A stretch of DNA of 52,747 bases, filler included, from Sphacelaria rigidula (lineage: Eukaryota): the NCBI GenBank assembly GCA_964200075.2. It is 4 parts of 4 records of this genome, joined end to end, with 100 filler letters (N's around TTAATTAATTAA, not from the genome) between each part and the next. Parts side by side here need not be neighbours in the genome. Positions count along the whole stretch, not along the records: positions 26,430 to 39,539 come from CAXNAA020003146.1; positions 39,640 to 52,747 come from CAXNAA020003147.1; 2 more parts are not named here. The stretch is one strand, 5' to 3'. Within the stretch, counting starts at the first letter, position 1, and every line of letters begins with the position of its first letter. The notes beneath the pieces were generated by a model that was not told where the DNA came from, did no database searches, and worked only from the letters and a program-made list of their open reading frames with translations. The position numbers and the translations under genes were made by a program. Positions 38,886 through 50,929 of this stretch are shown in pieces.

Positions 38886-39539
38886 AAAGTGCGACAATCA
38901 AATCAAATCGAAAATATGTTTTGGGGGAAGGGGGTATTTATTTGGGCAATGGCCTAGAAAAGTTATACCGTTTCGGTTGTTGCCCAAGAAAGGGTACGAA
39001 AAATGGCCAGAAACGTGAAAACAGCAAAACACGCCATGTAGACCGTTGTCACCCCGATTTTTTTACGCACATCACTCGGAGGGGGGCTTGGCACCCGGGC
39101 CTCGAGAGAAAACGGGGGGAAAATATGTCACTCGCGATATATGGCCATGCGAAAATGGACGTCTCGCCTCCGAAAACCGCTTTCCCTTTCTAGCCCAAAT
39201 TTTCACCAGGAATACCTGATTAAGGATTTGTTTTTCAATTGTACCTTATCTTGGCCACCGATCGGCCGAGAACGTACCTGTGCTAGGCCATCGCTTTCTA
39301 CACTGTGCGTGATGGGGCACATCGCGCGCAAGGGAGTCTACGCGCCAACTCAAACCATGGCGCCCACACATTCGACTCCTTTCCTGCTCATCTGCCGTTC
39401 ACGGACGCCACAACGACCACGCCCCTTTCTCCCCGGATATGGTTCCCGAGTCTTCCCGCGTCGGTATTTTGTGATGCGGGGTGTTGTGGAACACTGTACT
39501 GTTGCGATCTCGGGGCTGGTGTCAGGGTCAAGCTAGGCT

Positions 39540-39639
39540 NNNNNNNNNNNNNNNNNNNNNNNNNNNNNNNNNNNNNNNNNNNNTTAATTAATTAANNNNN
39601 NNNNNNNNNNNNNNNNNNNNNNNNNNNNNNNNNNNNNNN
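39540..39639. other. Artificial scaffold spacer
   Basis: 44N-TTAATTAATTAA-44N. Confidence 0.97.
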
Positions 39640-39726
39640 CCCCCCCCCATTCCCGAAATGGTCACCCCACTAAGGCAAGCAACAAATGAGTACCCCCCCC
39701 CCCCCCCCCCTTCCCGGTTCCTTCAT

Positions 39727-40047
39727 GGTGAGACACCCACGAGGCAATGTGAAACCTGTGGCTGTTTCTGGAAGTGACGACACCAGAAAAAATGAAGCCG
39801 CTCGTTGTAGGCTGTCATCCATATGCAAGATGATCAGTATGCTTCGGGCCGAACAAGCTTAGCAGAAGGTAGGTTACCCTTCATGCGACTCGTCGAAACC
39901 ATCAGGGCGCTTCGCGCTTGGTGACTGATTACGAACCTGGTCCAGCGAAAACTCGTTGTGGTCGGTCCCGACTCTGAAGGGATGCGAGGTCGACGGTCAT
40001 GTGGCTGCGGCATGCAAGATCATGGATCTCCCCTCCCCTCGCCCCCC
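39727..40047 (+). mobile_element. Copy of the ~300-bp interspersed repeat
   Basis: Colinear with 8344-8652. Confidence 0.75.
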
Positions 40048-41057
40048 TCCGCGCGACGGTCTTTCCCCAAGTTCTTGTTAGTATCGAGCATTGGACCCTG
40101 ATATTGCATGCCGCCGTCGTATGGCCATTGGATCGTGTTTACAGAATAACTGACGTCATTTTCAACATGGGTAACGCTGAAAGTGATGCCTCTGATTGGT
40201 TATGGACCGTATAGTGCCGGGGTCCGAATCCCGGCCCGATTACTATGGTCAATAAAAGTAAGGTCTCCAAGATTTAGATCGTGTGATCAATAAAAGTAAG
40301 TCCCCCAAAATTGGATCGGAGACTAAGACTACATAAGGCATGAATACGGACTGAGGCAAAGAACAACAGGGTTGAAGAACCCATGAACTGTTGATCTGCG
40401 AAGACTGTTGACCTGTTTTCTCGACGCACGCCAAAAAATGTGCGAAAATTGGTTCAAGATGTCCGCGCGGCTCGCCTGCGACGAAGGTCATCTCTGGAAT
40501 CCTCTTGATGAACTTTTTCAGTCTCAGGGAAGGGGCTGCGACGTGAAGAATAAAAAGTGGAGGTGGTTGATTGCTTCAAGTGTGTCTGCAGCAGTTTGAA
40601 GCCCTTACGACGGTGCCAACTCCAGGAGATGAGCGTATCTCGTTCAATACATGGTCCCAGTCACCGCTCCGCGTAGTAGTTGGAACAATGTCGTGAAAAG
40701 GGTGCGGACAGGTGTCCGACAAAACCCCATCGCTGGTGGACAAGAGAGGGTTGCCCCCTAAGAGCCTGTTTTTGACACAAAATCTGGCAAGGGGTCTCAT
40801 GAAGGGGGAGGAGTGATCGGCACACTCCCTAATTGAACAGTCACTCTCCGAGGACCGTGGATGTATTTAGACGAAGAACACCATAGATATATACTTCCTC
40901 AGGCACGTATCATTCGCAACGTGTAAGACAAAAACGGCGTAGTCCCTGCCCAGATTTTTGTTTTGCACTTTTAACCCTTCTCTTCTTCGCGACGAGTTTG
41001 TAGTTTCAAGGGACCAACCCATGTCTCCCGGGTACACGCCTCACATTCTGGTATCGC

Positions 41058-41606
41058 GTGTGTATTGTCATTCCATTTATTCTGGACGTCGGTCTACACC
41101 TTTCGGTGTATGTGGGCGCACCAGCCGGGGTTACACAGGAGGAAGGCTAACATAGATTGTTTTTTTCTTTTTTTCATTTGTTTTAGTTCTCCACCTTCCT
41201 TCTGCGATGCTTACCTTTTTCTTTTATCGCGAGAGGGGTTCAGCAGTCCCTTTTTCCCCTCGTCTCGTCGACCGTTGAGTCGAATTTTGTATACCCACGA
41301 CATAGTCGCTCTCCGCTGTTGCTGTCGGGCATTGTGTGAGAAAAAAATCCAGATCGCTCCGAGATTCGAACCCACGACCCAACCGTCAGAAGGTTTCACA
41401 CCTTGGACGATATATAGTCAATAGTTGCAATATACAAGAAACGTACTGCATAAAGTATAGGCTTATTGCGACTATTGTCGGCCGGCAATAGTTGCGATAA
41501 GCCTATACTTTATGCAGTACACTTCTCGTCTATTGCATATATTGACCATATATTGTCCAGGGTGTGATAGGTTTCGAAGTTATCCACTGAGCCGCCGGGG
41601 CGACCG
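41058..41606 (-). mobile_element. SINE family 1, full length, interrupted in its tRNA head by a MITE
   Basis: Removing 41397-41574 restores GGTCGCCCCGGCGGCTCAGTGGATAACTTCGAAACCTTCTGACGGTTGGGTCGTGGGTTCGAATCTC on the - strand, matching 7762-7828. Confidence 0.85.
41397..41566. mobile_element. 170-bp fold-back MITE (CACACC...GGTGTG) with degenerate 8-bp TSD
   Basis: Almost the whole element is an inverted repeat; flanks are GAAGGTTT / ATAGGTTT. Confidence 0.85.
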
Positions 41607-42134
41607 GGTCATCGCGTATTGGACCATGACCATTACTCCCGCACCGCGTCGACTGTCCTTGAGCAAACTCAGTCAACTCCTGTTGTTACTCACGTCCTCA
41701 CGCTTTCGATGGCAGAAATAAAATACTTCCACGGGAAAAAGTCATACTATAATGGGCGCATCTGGCGGAAATCGAAGCCGTGTTTTTTCAAACCCAATGG
41801 TGTCAATTGTATCCTCAGACGGACTACCGGGGCGAAATGAATTACGGTTAGTCGATATTCCTGCCGCGTTCCAGGCGTCTGGTCAGTGCGAGGACGCCGA
41901 TCCGTATACTCTCCAGCCTCTGCTGGGAGCAGAGGTGAAGTAACCGTCCGATTAGAAGTCTTTAGTCTAGTGGTCTGAAGATTTACCTCGTGGTCGTTAC
42001 TGCAAGCGGAGATGCCACCAAGAACGTGACATTGGAGAGGTAGATCCTTGCCAAGGGAACGGCAAATGTTTGACGATCTTCTGAACGGCAGCGATCACGG
42101 GGGCCGCCGCCCTTCTGTCGTCGTCGGTTTAAAC

Positions 42135-42327
42135 CACGCCGTGGACAATAGATTCCAGTGTCAAAAAGTATACTGTGTACGGTATCGACTGCTGCGTCCA
42201 CTGCAACAAACAAAATACACCATAATTCCTTGAGTACGTGTATCATGCGACCACGGCTGGATCCCTGAGGGGTCAGTTGAAGTGCAACAACCCCTTCTGG
42301 ACAACGCACTCTGTCGTCCAGGGTGTA
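42135..42327. mobile_element. Diverged copy of the CACACCCTGGACAA MITE family
   Basis: Ends CACGCCGTGGACAA / TCGTCCAGGGTGTA; flanks GTTTAAAC / GTATAAGC. Confidence 0.6.
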
Positions 42328-43322
42328 GTATAAGCATCCTTTTTTCTTGGTGTCCCGGACGCATGCCCGGGGTGAGAGTCATGCCACGGTAGGGGTTGCA
42401 CATTTGGGCACAGATGTTTCTCATTGAGGACCTCCTACAGTTTTTGAGTTGAACCCCAACATGGTGGTCATGCTAATCTCCTTGTGACACCTGTCTTTTC
42501 TCGTTTTGTATGTTACCATCTTGTCTCTTCTTCTCTTTCGGTGTACGTGTTAGGCAGATCTGACGGTTTTTATTTTTTCTCCCCGTTGAACTCGGGGGAG
42601 CTGCTTCTCACATGTTTTCGTGGCGCTTCTCTTCTTATTTTTATTTTTGGTGATATGTCTTGAAAGGAATAGCAGGGGTGGTATTGGAAAGGCGAGCCGA
42701 CGTCTGTGACCACGGGTTCGCGAGATCGAACTAATGTGCGTAAATAATGGGAATAATAACATTAGTAGTAATAATAAAAAATAGATAACGATAATACTAA
42801 TAATAGTGATGATAATAATACGGTTGGGAGCAACACCATCATATAAGTCGGGACGTCCCCGCGTTAAAAATCCATGCGAGATATCCCGAGCCCATTGGAA
42901 TGCTAACCGCGGCGCGCTCGCACATATTTCATGAGTCGTTTTGGATGAGATGAAGGGCTTGTAGCATTTCAATTCTGATGAAAAATATCTGTGCAACCTT
43001 GCCGTGGTACCACTTGTGTGTGTGTGTGTGTGTGTGTGTGCTTTTTTCATCGTTTCTCTGACTCTTGTCTATAGAACAGACCTATTTCAGCATCTGTCGT
43101 TCGTACACCCTCTTCAAATTCGCCCAACGCACAAGCGTGGCACGTCTGCAACGTCTTCGGCTCACATCATGACCCCAGAAGAAAACTGTTCGCCCTATTT
43201 TGTGTCTCCGGCTGGATTCTGCGGGAATCAGTTCGTGTGCGACTATCAATCAAATGATCAATCAATCTATCAATCCCGTGTTTTCAGACGAGTGTTCTGT
43301 ATCCTTGTACGGCACAATTCAG

Positions 43323-46300
43323 GTGTCGCTGCGGCGGGCATCGGAGCGGCGCACGTGCTCACAGGAGCGGGTAGCCTAGAAGATGGGGCGTGGGAGCAGG
43401 CTTCCTTGGCCACTTCGGGGATGAGGTAACTGGAATACTGACGAAATGCGTAATTCTATCCAGAAATTGTCAGCTATTGGTATGCCTAGAAAGGCGAGCC
43501 GGGGTCTGTGACTGCGGGTTCGAGAGATCGGTCTAACATGCGGAAGTAATGATGGCAGTAGTAATAGTAGTAGACACTTTCTACGATGCCCCCCCCCCCC
43601 CTAACAAAAAGCTGCCTGGTTTGGCGAGGCAAAATATTCACGTGAATCCAAACAGAGAAAAGTCGAGCACAACGAGCAGCTGGGAATTCCCACGCTTGGG
43701 TTCGTTCTCGCCAATATCGTCTGTATGTGGCGCATCATGCACAGCCCGAACCCAAACATAAGGCGCTGTATGACCATTTTTTTCTTGACACTTTTGGGCT
43801 GGTTCTGGCGGGGGGTAATCATGGAAAGTGTCCGTAGTAATAAAAATAAAAATAGTAGTAGTACTCCCTCCCAAGTTGTGTCGCCAATATCGTCTGTATG
43901 TGGCGCATCATGCACAGCCCGAACCCAAACATTAGGCGCTGTATGACCATTTTTTTCTTGACACTTTTGGGCTGGTTTTGGCGGGGGGTAATCATAAAAA
44001 GTGTCCGTAGTAATAAAAATAAAAATAGTAGTAATACTCCCTCCCAAGTTTTGTCCTCCAGCTTATTAAGGTGGCGGTCTTTGTGCACAAACGCGCGCGA
44101 CCCGATAGTGCGAAGGAATGATAATTTCGCATGCTTGCCGACCATCCGGTAGTATTTTGTTCCTCCGTTTATGCTCCTGTGCGGTAACCGATTGATGAAG
44201 AATCCTGCAGTGGCAGCCAAGTACTACTACTACCACTACTACTACTACTTGGCTACGACAACAACAGTCCATCACACCGAATTCACGACCGGTACTCCGG
44301 GAAGATTTCGAGTTCCAGAAACATCATCTTCATCGAAAAAGTAGTCGGAGCTTCAACAAACGAGTGGCAAGATTCCCCTCAAATCACTCGGGGGGGAAAT
44401 AATAATACCGAGCAAATCAGGTGGCGAAGAACAAATTCAACACGCCAACGATCTCGACTTTAACAACAACATCGTTGACGGCATCACGCAGCTGGAAATC
44501 TCTGAAACCAGTTCAACTACTTCTGCTCGACTTCCTTCTACTAATTCAATGCAACTACGCTCTGCTGGCAGCGTGGATAGCACTTCACCTTCTCCAACGA
44601 ACTAACACCAATCCCAAGAACTGCGCAAGCTGGCCCTGTCGGCGAAAATCTACAACACCCATCCATGGCCTTGGGAACTGTTTCGCAGCATATCGGAACG
44701 GTTGGCGTCGAAAGCGTCGTGCCACCAGCATCCATGCCTGTTCCAAATAACTTCAAACAAGCGTCTTCCTCACCTTTTGTATCAAAGTAGAAAGCAGCCA
44801 TGATGAACGAGCTCCATAGCATAAAAAATCATCGCGTGGCTGATATCCTCTCAGCCGGAGTAGTTCCCCCTAACATCATGGGAACACAAAATGTTTTTAA
44901 GGTCAAAGCTGACGAATGGTTCAAGGCTTGGCTCATAGCATAAGGATGGGTACGACGACACGGAATTGATCGCGGGTGTACTTTTGCATCGGTGTGTCGA
45001 CTCGAAAGTCAACGAATTCTTCTGGTGATAGCCGCCGCCAAACACTGGCCGATGATTGCGCTTGACGTCCAAACAGCATTTTTACATGGGAAGCTACAAG
45101 ACACGGTGTTCTTCAAGCAGGCACTGGGCTTCGAGACGTCTGACCCTGCTAAAGGACAACCACATGTGATGCGGCTTCGCCGCGCTCTTTACGGTCTTCG
45201 ACATAATCCTAAAGTTTGGAACTTTACCATCGACTCCGAGTTGCGGAGAATTGGCTTTACTGCTACTGCGAGCGACCCCTTCGTCTTGACTAGAGGAGAA
45301 CACGATGAGTACGTCATGCTAACACTGTTCGTCGACGACATCCTGCGAACCGGACCCTCCATCAAGCTTCTACAAAAGGTTCGAGACACTCTAGAGACGA
45401 AGGTTTTATATCGGAGCTTGGACCGGTCTCCCTCATCCTTGCTATGGAGGTTATAAGAGATACGGAGCGGGGAACTTTGAAACCATCACAGCACAAATAC
45501 GTCATGTCGCTACTCCAGAAATTAAACATGGAATTGTGCAACGCAGTGCACACGCTTGGCATCACCAACAACCATTTGCAACACACTAAGGGACGTGAGC
45601 CATGGTCGGCAGCTTGATATTCCCATCTCAATGTACAAGATTCGATACAGCTCTTGGTGTCTCTCAGGTCGCGTGCTATATGAGCAAACCTACCACCCAA
45701 TATCTGGCAGCTGTAAAGCGTATCTCTCGCTGTTTGGAAGGTACGCCGGGTTTGCCCATCATGTACACCCTCTTCAAAAACAACCTGGACCCGAAAAGCT
45801 TCTGCAGTTCATCGTATGGAAATTCAGGGACTGAAGGCAAAATGTGATGTACTACCGACACGAAGTTCTTCCTGGCAAGTGGACGCATTCACTTTTCTTC
45901 AAAGTCTGCAATGGATTACAGCCACTTCAACAACCGAGGCCGAGCTTGTAGCCCTGGCATGGGGAGGAAAGTTCGGTACATGCCTTTTTAAGATCCAGCG
46001 AGAGCTCGGGTAGTCGTCTATCCAGGCTCCAACCATTTTGTCCCATTTCCAAGGAGCCCTTCACCTCTCGTACAATTCAAACTAAGAACCAGTAGCAAGC
46101 ATCTCGCCACACGCTTCTACAGCCTCAAGGGCTTGATACATCAGAACAGTTAATTATCAACCACGTCAGCACTAAGGACCAACCCCCTGATATCCCTACG
46201 AAATATTGCGGAAGGACTACACACCACAGGCTGATGAGAGCGGTGACTAGATTCGGAAAATGGCATTTCCTGAAGAGGCAACGCTTCTTGGATATGCTTC

Positions 46301-48469
46301 AATCTACAACCGAGGTCAACATCCTCAAACGTCAGACATACACCGTGCCCTCCATTCACAATCATCACAACCGCCTATCTTCACGCTTCACTTCGCTTCT
46401 GCAGCCTCCCTCACTCCACGCTGCACTACCACAACAAAAATCATGGGCGGAACCTCGCCCAACAACAGCACCGGCCGCAACAACCACCACTCACACTGCC
46501 ATTTGAGTCAGGGCTCGCCCAACAACGTCACCGGTCGCAACTACCGTAGCTCACGCCGCAATGCCAGAGAGGAGCAAGGAATCACACCCCGTGCGAGAGC
46601 CCGCCTTGCAAGCCACTCAAGAGCACCCTTTATCATCTCCGCAAGCGCGATTGACTGGTAATACAGGAGGAACTTTATGCAAAACATCGGCGTGTCAGGC
46701 CAGAGCTGGGAGGCAAGAAGGAGAATGGCTAACGACTTACAGAGTTATGGATTTATGGGCCCGGGTGGGATAACCGGCCGTTTTTTATTTCATCTGTTCA
46801 CTTCCCCAACCATATATTATTCCAGGCGTTTTGTTTTTCGTAGACCCCAAGATATTTAATTTCGTAATCAAGGGGTGGATTGCGGAGCAGCGAGATGATC
46901 TTGCTCCGACGCATTCATTGCACCTTGATAGCCAGGTTGTCAGTGAGTATATCAGTATCGCCTCGGAGGCGACCTTCAATGTACTATGGAGATTTGGATC
47001 TGGTACCTGAGATCTGAGTCGCGTACGCTTGCTTTGATTATTTGACCGGTCTGCATAAAAGTGTGATAAATTGTATCGAAGGGGTTCGAGTAGATACTGT
47101 TTTTGTTGGGATATTTTTTCTTCAACGATGGCGGGGAAATCCAATTGTAGTTTTGCATGCAGCACAAGACCTTGTTTGATCAAAATTTGCACAGCGGAGT
47201 GATGCTAGGGTAGGGGTACACATACTTTCTGGGGTTAGAATTGTTAGGAGCCCTTTATCCCATCCGAAACACTACTTATGAAAATATGCGAGAGTACGCC
47301 AGGATAACTATTCCAATGTGCTGGCGATATTCCGAATAAATTGCAAACGGGGATGCTCTGACCCATATTATTGTGCGTCTAGGATCGTTGGGAGCCCCTG
47401 AACCAGGCAAATTTCGCGAAAAAAGTGCACCCCTACCGTAGCATTGCTCAGCGTAAGTGCCGTAGGTGCGTGGATTTGTGTTCCAACATACCCATGTACA
47501 GGATCTTGTTTGATTGCGCACTCACACCATGTCTGCAGAGTTTAGTGTCAAGCGCGCGCCCATAAAAATCTTCGTCAGCGGAAACAACTACAGGAAAACC
47601 ACACATCAGTAAAGTATACGAGGTGATTTGCTTGATCGCTATTTGACTTGCTATTTGAGTCGATATTTTGCATAAATGTTGCTTTGCTATGGCGCCTTAT
47701 TTACGGGCGTGTGTTGGAAGGTTTACTACGCCAGTCTGTAGTTTGGCTGTATGTTCCGTGTTTCTGGATTTCTGATCTATAGTAAATAGCCGTACCACTT
47801 GTGACGGTTCAACAAAACCACGAACCGTGTAGTGCCGTTTCATTTGTATACGTGATTGAAGAGATCCGTTCACGTTTAGCCACGCAGCTCATAGGATACT
47901 ACGAGAAAAATGTGCTGCCATTGTTTGTTACGCAGTAGTGTACTGTATCAAGGTAACCATGTCACGTAGCTTGCCGTACATACTGTGTGGGAGCTGATAA
48001 GACTAACACGTCAGCAGTCGAACTGGATGATACAATGGGGTCTTACGTACGTGTACGGACTTGGCTTTTTGTTCCGAGATTGAGGAAACTTGGACTCGGT
48101 CACCTCAACCCCCCACGCTGTCACTCTCCTTCCTTCCCTTCAACTCACTGCTTAAAAAGGAGAGTGTGCTTTTTATTCTGTGTCAGCCAAAAAAGCGCCT
48201 GCGAAAAACATCTTCTTGCTTCTTCTTTTGCTGTCGAAGCAAGTTCGCCTGGCAGCCACGGTGCCCCTCTGCCACACTACAGTCCAGTGCGACGGTTGTC
48301 GGTCTATCCCAGAAGACGGAATCACACAACACGATTCTTTTAACATCAATCATGGATATGAGAATTCAAACTGGGGCATACTTTACTGGCTTCTGGCATC
48401 ACCGTATACATGACCCCAGTAGACGAAGACTTCGAACCCCTTGCTTGCCGAACGCGCCGAATGGAATTG
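43323..48469 (+). CDS. Internal exons (43323-43425, 46667-46764, 48420-48469) of an unidentified gene
   Basis: CAG acceptors and GT donors with phases 2->2 and 1->1 join cleanly: ...EQASLATSGM|RRNFMQNIGVSGQSWEARRRMANDLQSYGFMGP|VDEDFEPLACRTRRMEL. Further candidate exons at ~41875-41934, ~49851-49889 and ~51416-51478. Confidence 0.55.
43573..44050. repeat. GACACTTTCTACG MITE whose right part lies in a 173-bp tandem duplication (~43708-43880 / 43881-44050)
   Basis: The right TIR occurs twice, ending at 43832 and 44005; the two units are near-identical. Confidence 0.9.
44027..44220 (-). mobile_element. Ty1/copia integrase C-terminal fragment, inverted
   Basis: AATAGFFINRLPHRSINGGTKYYRMVGKHAKLSFLRTIGSRAFVHKDRHLNKLEDKTWEGVLL is the typical copia IN C-terminus/SH3-like start. 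Confidence 0.85.
44251..46250 (+). mobile_element. Decayed Ty1/copia pol (SH3-like end, RT, RNase H); no LTRs seen
   Basis: GYDNNSPSHRI...SRNIIFIE; PNNFKQA...K*KAAMMNEL...VFKVK...FKAWLIA*G; LDVQTAFLHG...LRRALYGL...LFVDDIL; TSTTEAEL; SKHLATRF. Multiple stops and frameshifts. Confidence 0.95.
47205..47441. mobile_element. MITE with TIR CTACGGTAGGGGTGCAC
   Basis: CTAGGGTAGGGGTACAC (47205) pairs with GTGCACCCCTACCGTAG (47425-47441); solo ends at 11673-11689 and 26791-26807. Confidence 0.75.
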
Positions 48470-49447
48470 GTAGGTACTACGGCGGCGCACGCTTCGAACC
48501 ACTGTCAACGAAACAGTCGGCGAGCGAGAACCATGAAAAACCGTCAGGTGAACCTTCTCAGGAACCATCCCCGGAGTGGTCGGCGTTTCAGGGGCACTGG
48601 CTGGTTCTCCCCCTCGTGGAGCTTTCGACATCAAACGGTGGGTCATTGATTGATTGCTTAGTTGGTTGATTGATCGATGAGGATTAGTTGATTGATATCC
48701 CCTAGGACGTTTTTCGATTGACTGGATGATTGGTTGATTTATTTAATTTGTTTCACGGTTCGGACGAATCATCGCCGGCTCGAATGATCAAATCCACGAT
48801 TTTCAGGCCTGGTTGCTCGAAGAAGATATAACACATTGACCGCTGATCAAAAAGGTTTCGACGTAATTTTTCGCCATTCCACGTGCCTGGGCTGCGCGTA
48901 CCTACCTGGGTTGCAACGCTGGTAACAAAGCCTAGGGATTGATTCGTACGGTACGTATCAGTTACACTGGAATAAAGTAATTTCCAGACGAATAATCAAT
49001 TCGTCGCATCCTTGATTGACTTCGTTGATTGATTGATTGATTGACTTGATTGATTGTCGCACATCGGCTGATCTCCCAGGTAGTCATGATCCAGCCATGG
49101 TCATTGTCCACATGATACACAATACAAGGTTCCCCTTCGGGAGGTTGGTACCGGCCTCCCGGAGGTGACGCAAGTCGAAAGTATAAAATATAGTTCGTAT
49201 GCCTTCTCAGTGCGCTGCAGAAAAAGCGTGAAAAAAAATGTCTTGTTGGCAGAGAAAACTCGGCAAAAGTGGTGAAAAATGTGAAATGATACAAGTACAT
49301 AATATACATGGGTTGAACGAACAGAGAAGAAGCGCGCGAGTCATCGCTTTGTCCGCGACGATCGAGCAGGTGTTTATTGCCCTCCGCGAAAAATAAACAG
49401 ACGTGGACAAACAAACACAACCGACAAGGGAGCCTCCAATTACATAT

Positions 49448-49740
49448 AACAGTGTTTTCGTGAGATTGAGAGTAGAGGGTACGATTGAGAGAGAGAAGCG
49501 GTCAATGAATGATTAAATCGTTTCGGTTCTGAAATACCCCTCCGCGAGCCCGATATGCTTTCTGTAGTAGCATGCAACTGACGCCCTTGATATCCCTGAG
49601 TAGGATATCGATGTGTAACTATAAGCACAAGCCAGTGATGGAGGCAAAGAAAAGCACGCACGGAATAAAAAAACGGGCAAGTTAGATCGAATGACCAAAG
49701 CCACTCTTGATCAGTGCTCTACTCCCAATCTCACGTTGTT
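49448..49740. mobile_element. ~290-bp MITE copy (TTCGTGAGATTGAG family)
   Basis: Homologous to 27530-27837 and 10540-10833. Confidence 0.8.
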
Positions 49741-50905
49741 ACAGGTCACGTACGACTTCGAATGCACACCTTTGGCCACAAATCACCCATCGTATCATAT
49801 ACCCGCATTTTCTAATGTGATGATTGGTACTCGATTTTACTTGATTTCAGACTGGAGAAAGTTCTGAGAAAATCCATGATTTGGGGCAGGTGAACAGTGA
49901 TGAGCAGTAGACCCAGGTCGTCCAGAACGTGTTTTGCTCCAAAATCGGCTCAAAGGCGTCGATTTGAGCTCTCGCAACGCACGCTTTACTTAGGGCCTTC
50001 ATTGTCGTCAAATGAAGAAAATGGGAGAAGGTCTGAATTTCCGGCAATCGCCTAGGGCTCGTTATTGTCTAAATTTACTGTTGCTGTTAGATATCTCATT
50101 ACAGATGGTGCTCATCTCGTCGTTTGCTTGCCTTCGCCGGCACAATAAAGGACAGGGTTATGCTACCTGCCGTGTATGGCGTTTGTAACTGTGGCGAACA
50201 TATTTCTCACAACCTCTCTGTGACACGGGGGGGCAGTCGGACTGGCTAGGGCGTGATCGACTGGCTCTCTCGGGATGCTGCAGGAGCATACATGAGTAAA
50301 AATACCGACTGTAGAAAGCCCCGTGCATAGACTGCAGCATGCTTGCTCTCTCTGAGTTGTATGCGCAGATACACCAAATAAAACCACCAGCTATACACTT
50401 TTCAGACGGTGCAGTAGATGCTCGAAGCATCACTGCAGGCAAGTAGGTAGCTAATGGATGGTTTCTGCTCGCACTTCGAAAGTGGTTATGTGTGCAAACG
50501 ACGACCACCGTGCTTGGCCCCAACAGCTCCAACACCGCTGCCGGGGCACACACCGTCTAAGAAAATAGATACCGCCAATCCGCGGTGCTTTTTACTCTAC
50601 GACATAGCCCAGGGTGTCACTAGCAAGGTTCCTTATGATTCTCGCATGCTTGCGAGCGCCACGGCGTCCGCCAAGGGCAGCTCTGCGGAGTATTGCGCTG
50701 CGGTCCGAAATATTTGGCGTTCGCCAAACGTGAAGGCTTGGCGGAAAAATCTAGCCGCTTCATTTTCGGAGAAGGCCAAGCGCCAGGTGCGAAAACGCCT
50801 GAAATCTTGGCGATCTCCTAAAAAGCTGTGTCGATAATAACGGCCCTTAAGAAACACTCTGCACCCCCCTTGCCCGACAGTTCTCGGTATGCCTTGGTCG
50901 ATGTC

Positions 50906-50929
50906 AGGGTTAGGGTTAGGGTTAGGGTT
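50906..50929 (+). repeat. Interstitial telomeric repeat (TTAGGG)~4
   Basis: AGGGTTAGGGTTAGGGTTAGGGTT, read directly. Confidence 0.9.

Noticed and set aside
50906..50929. True chromosome end
   Set aside because: Only four units, embedded internally with ordinary sequence on both sides.
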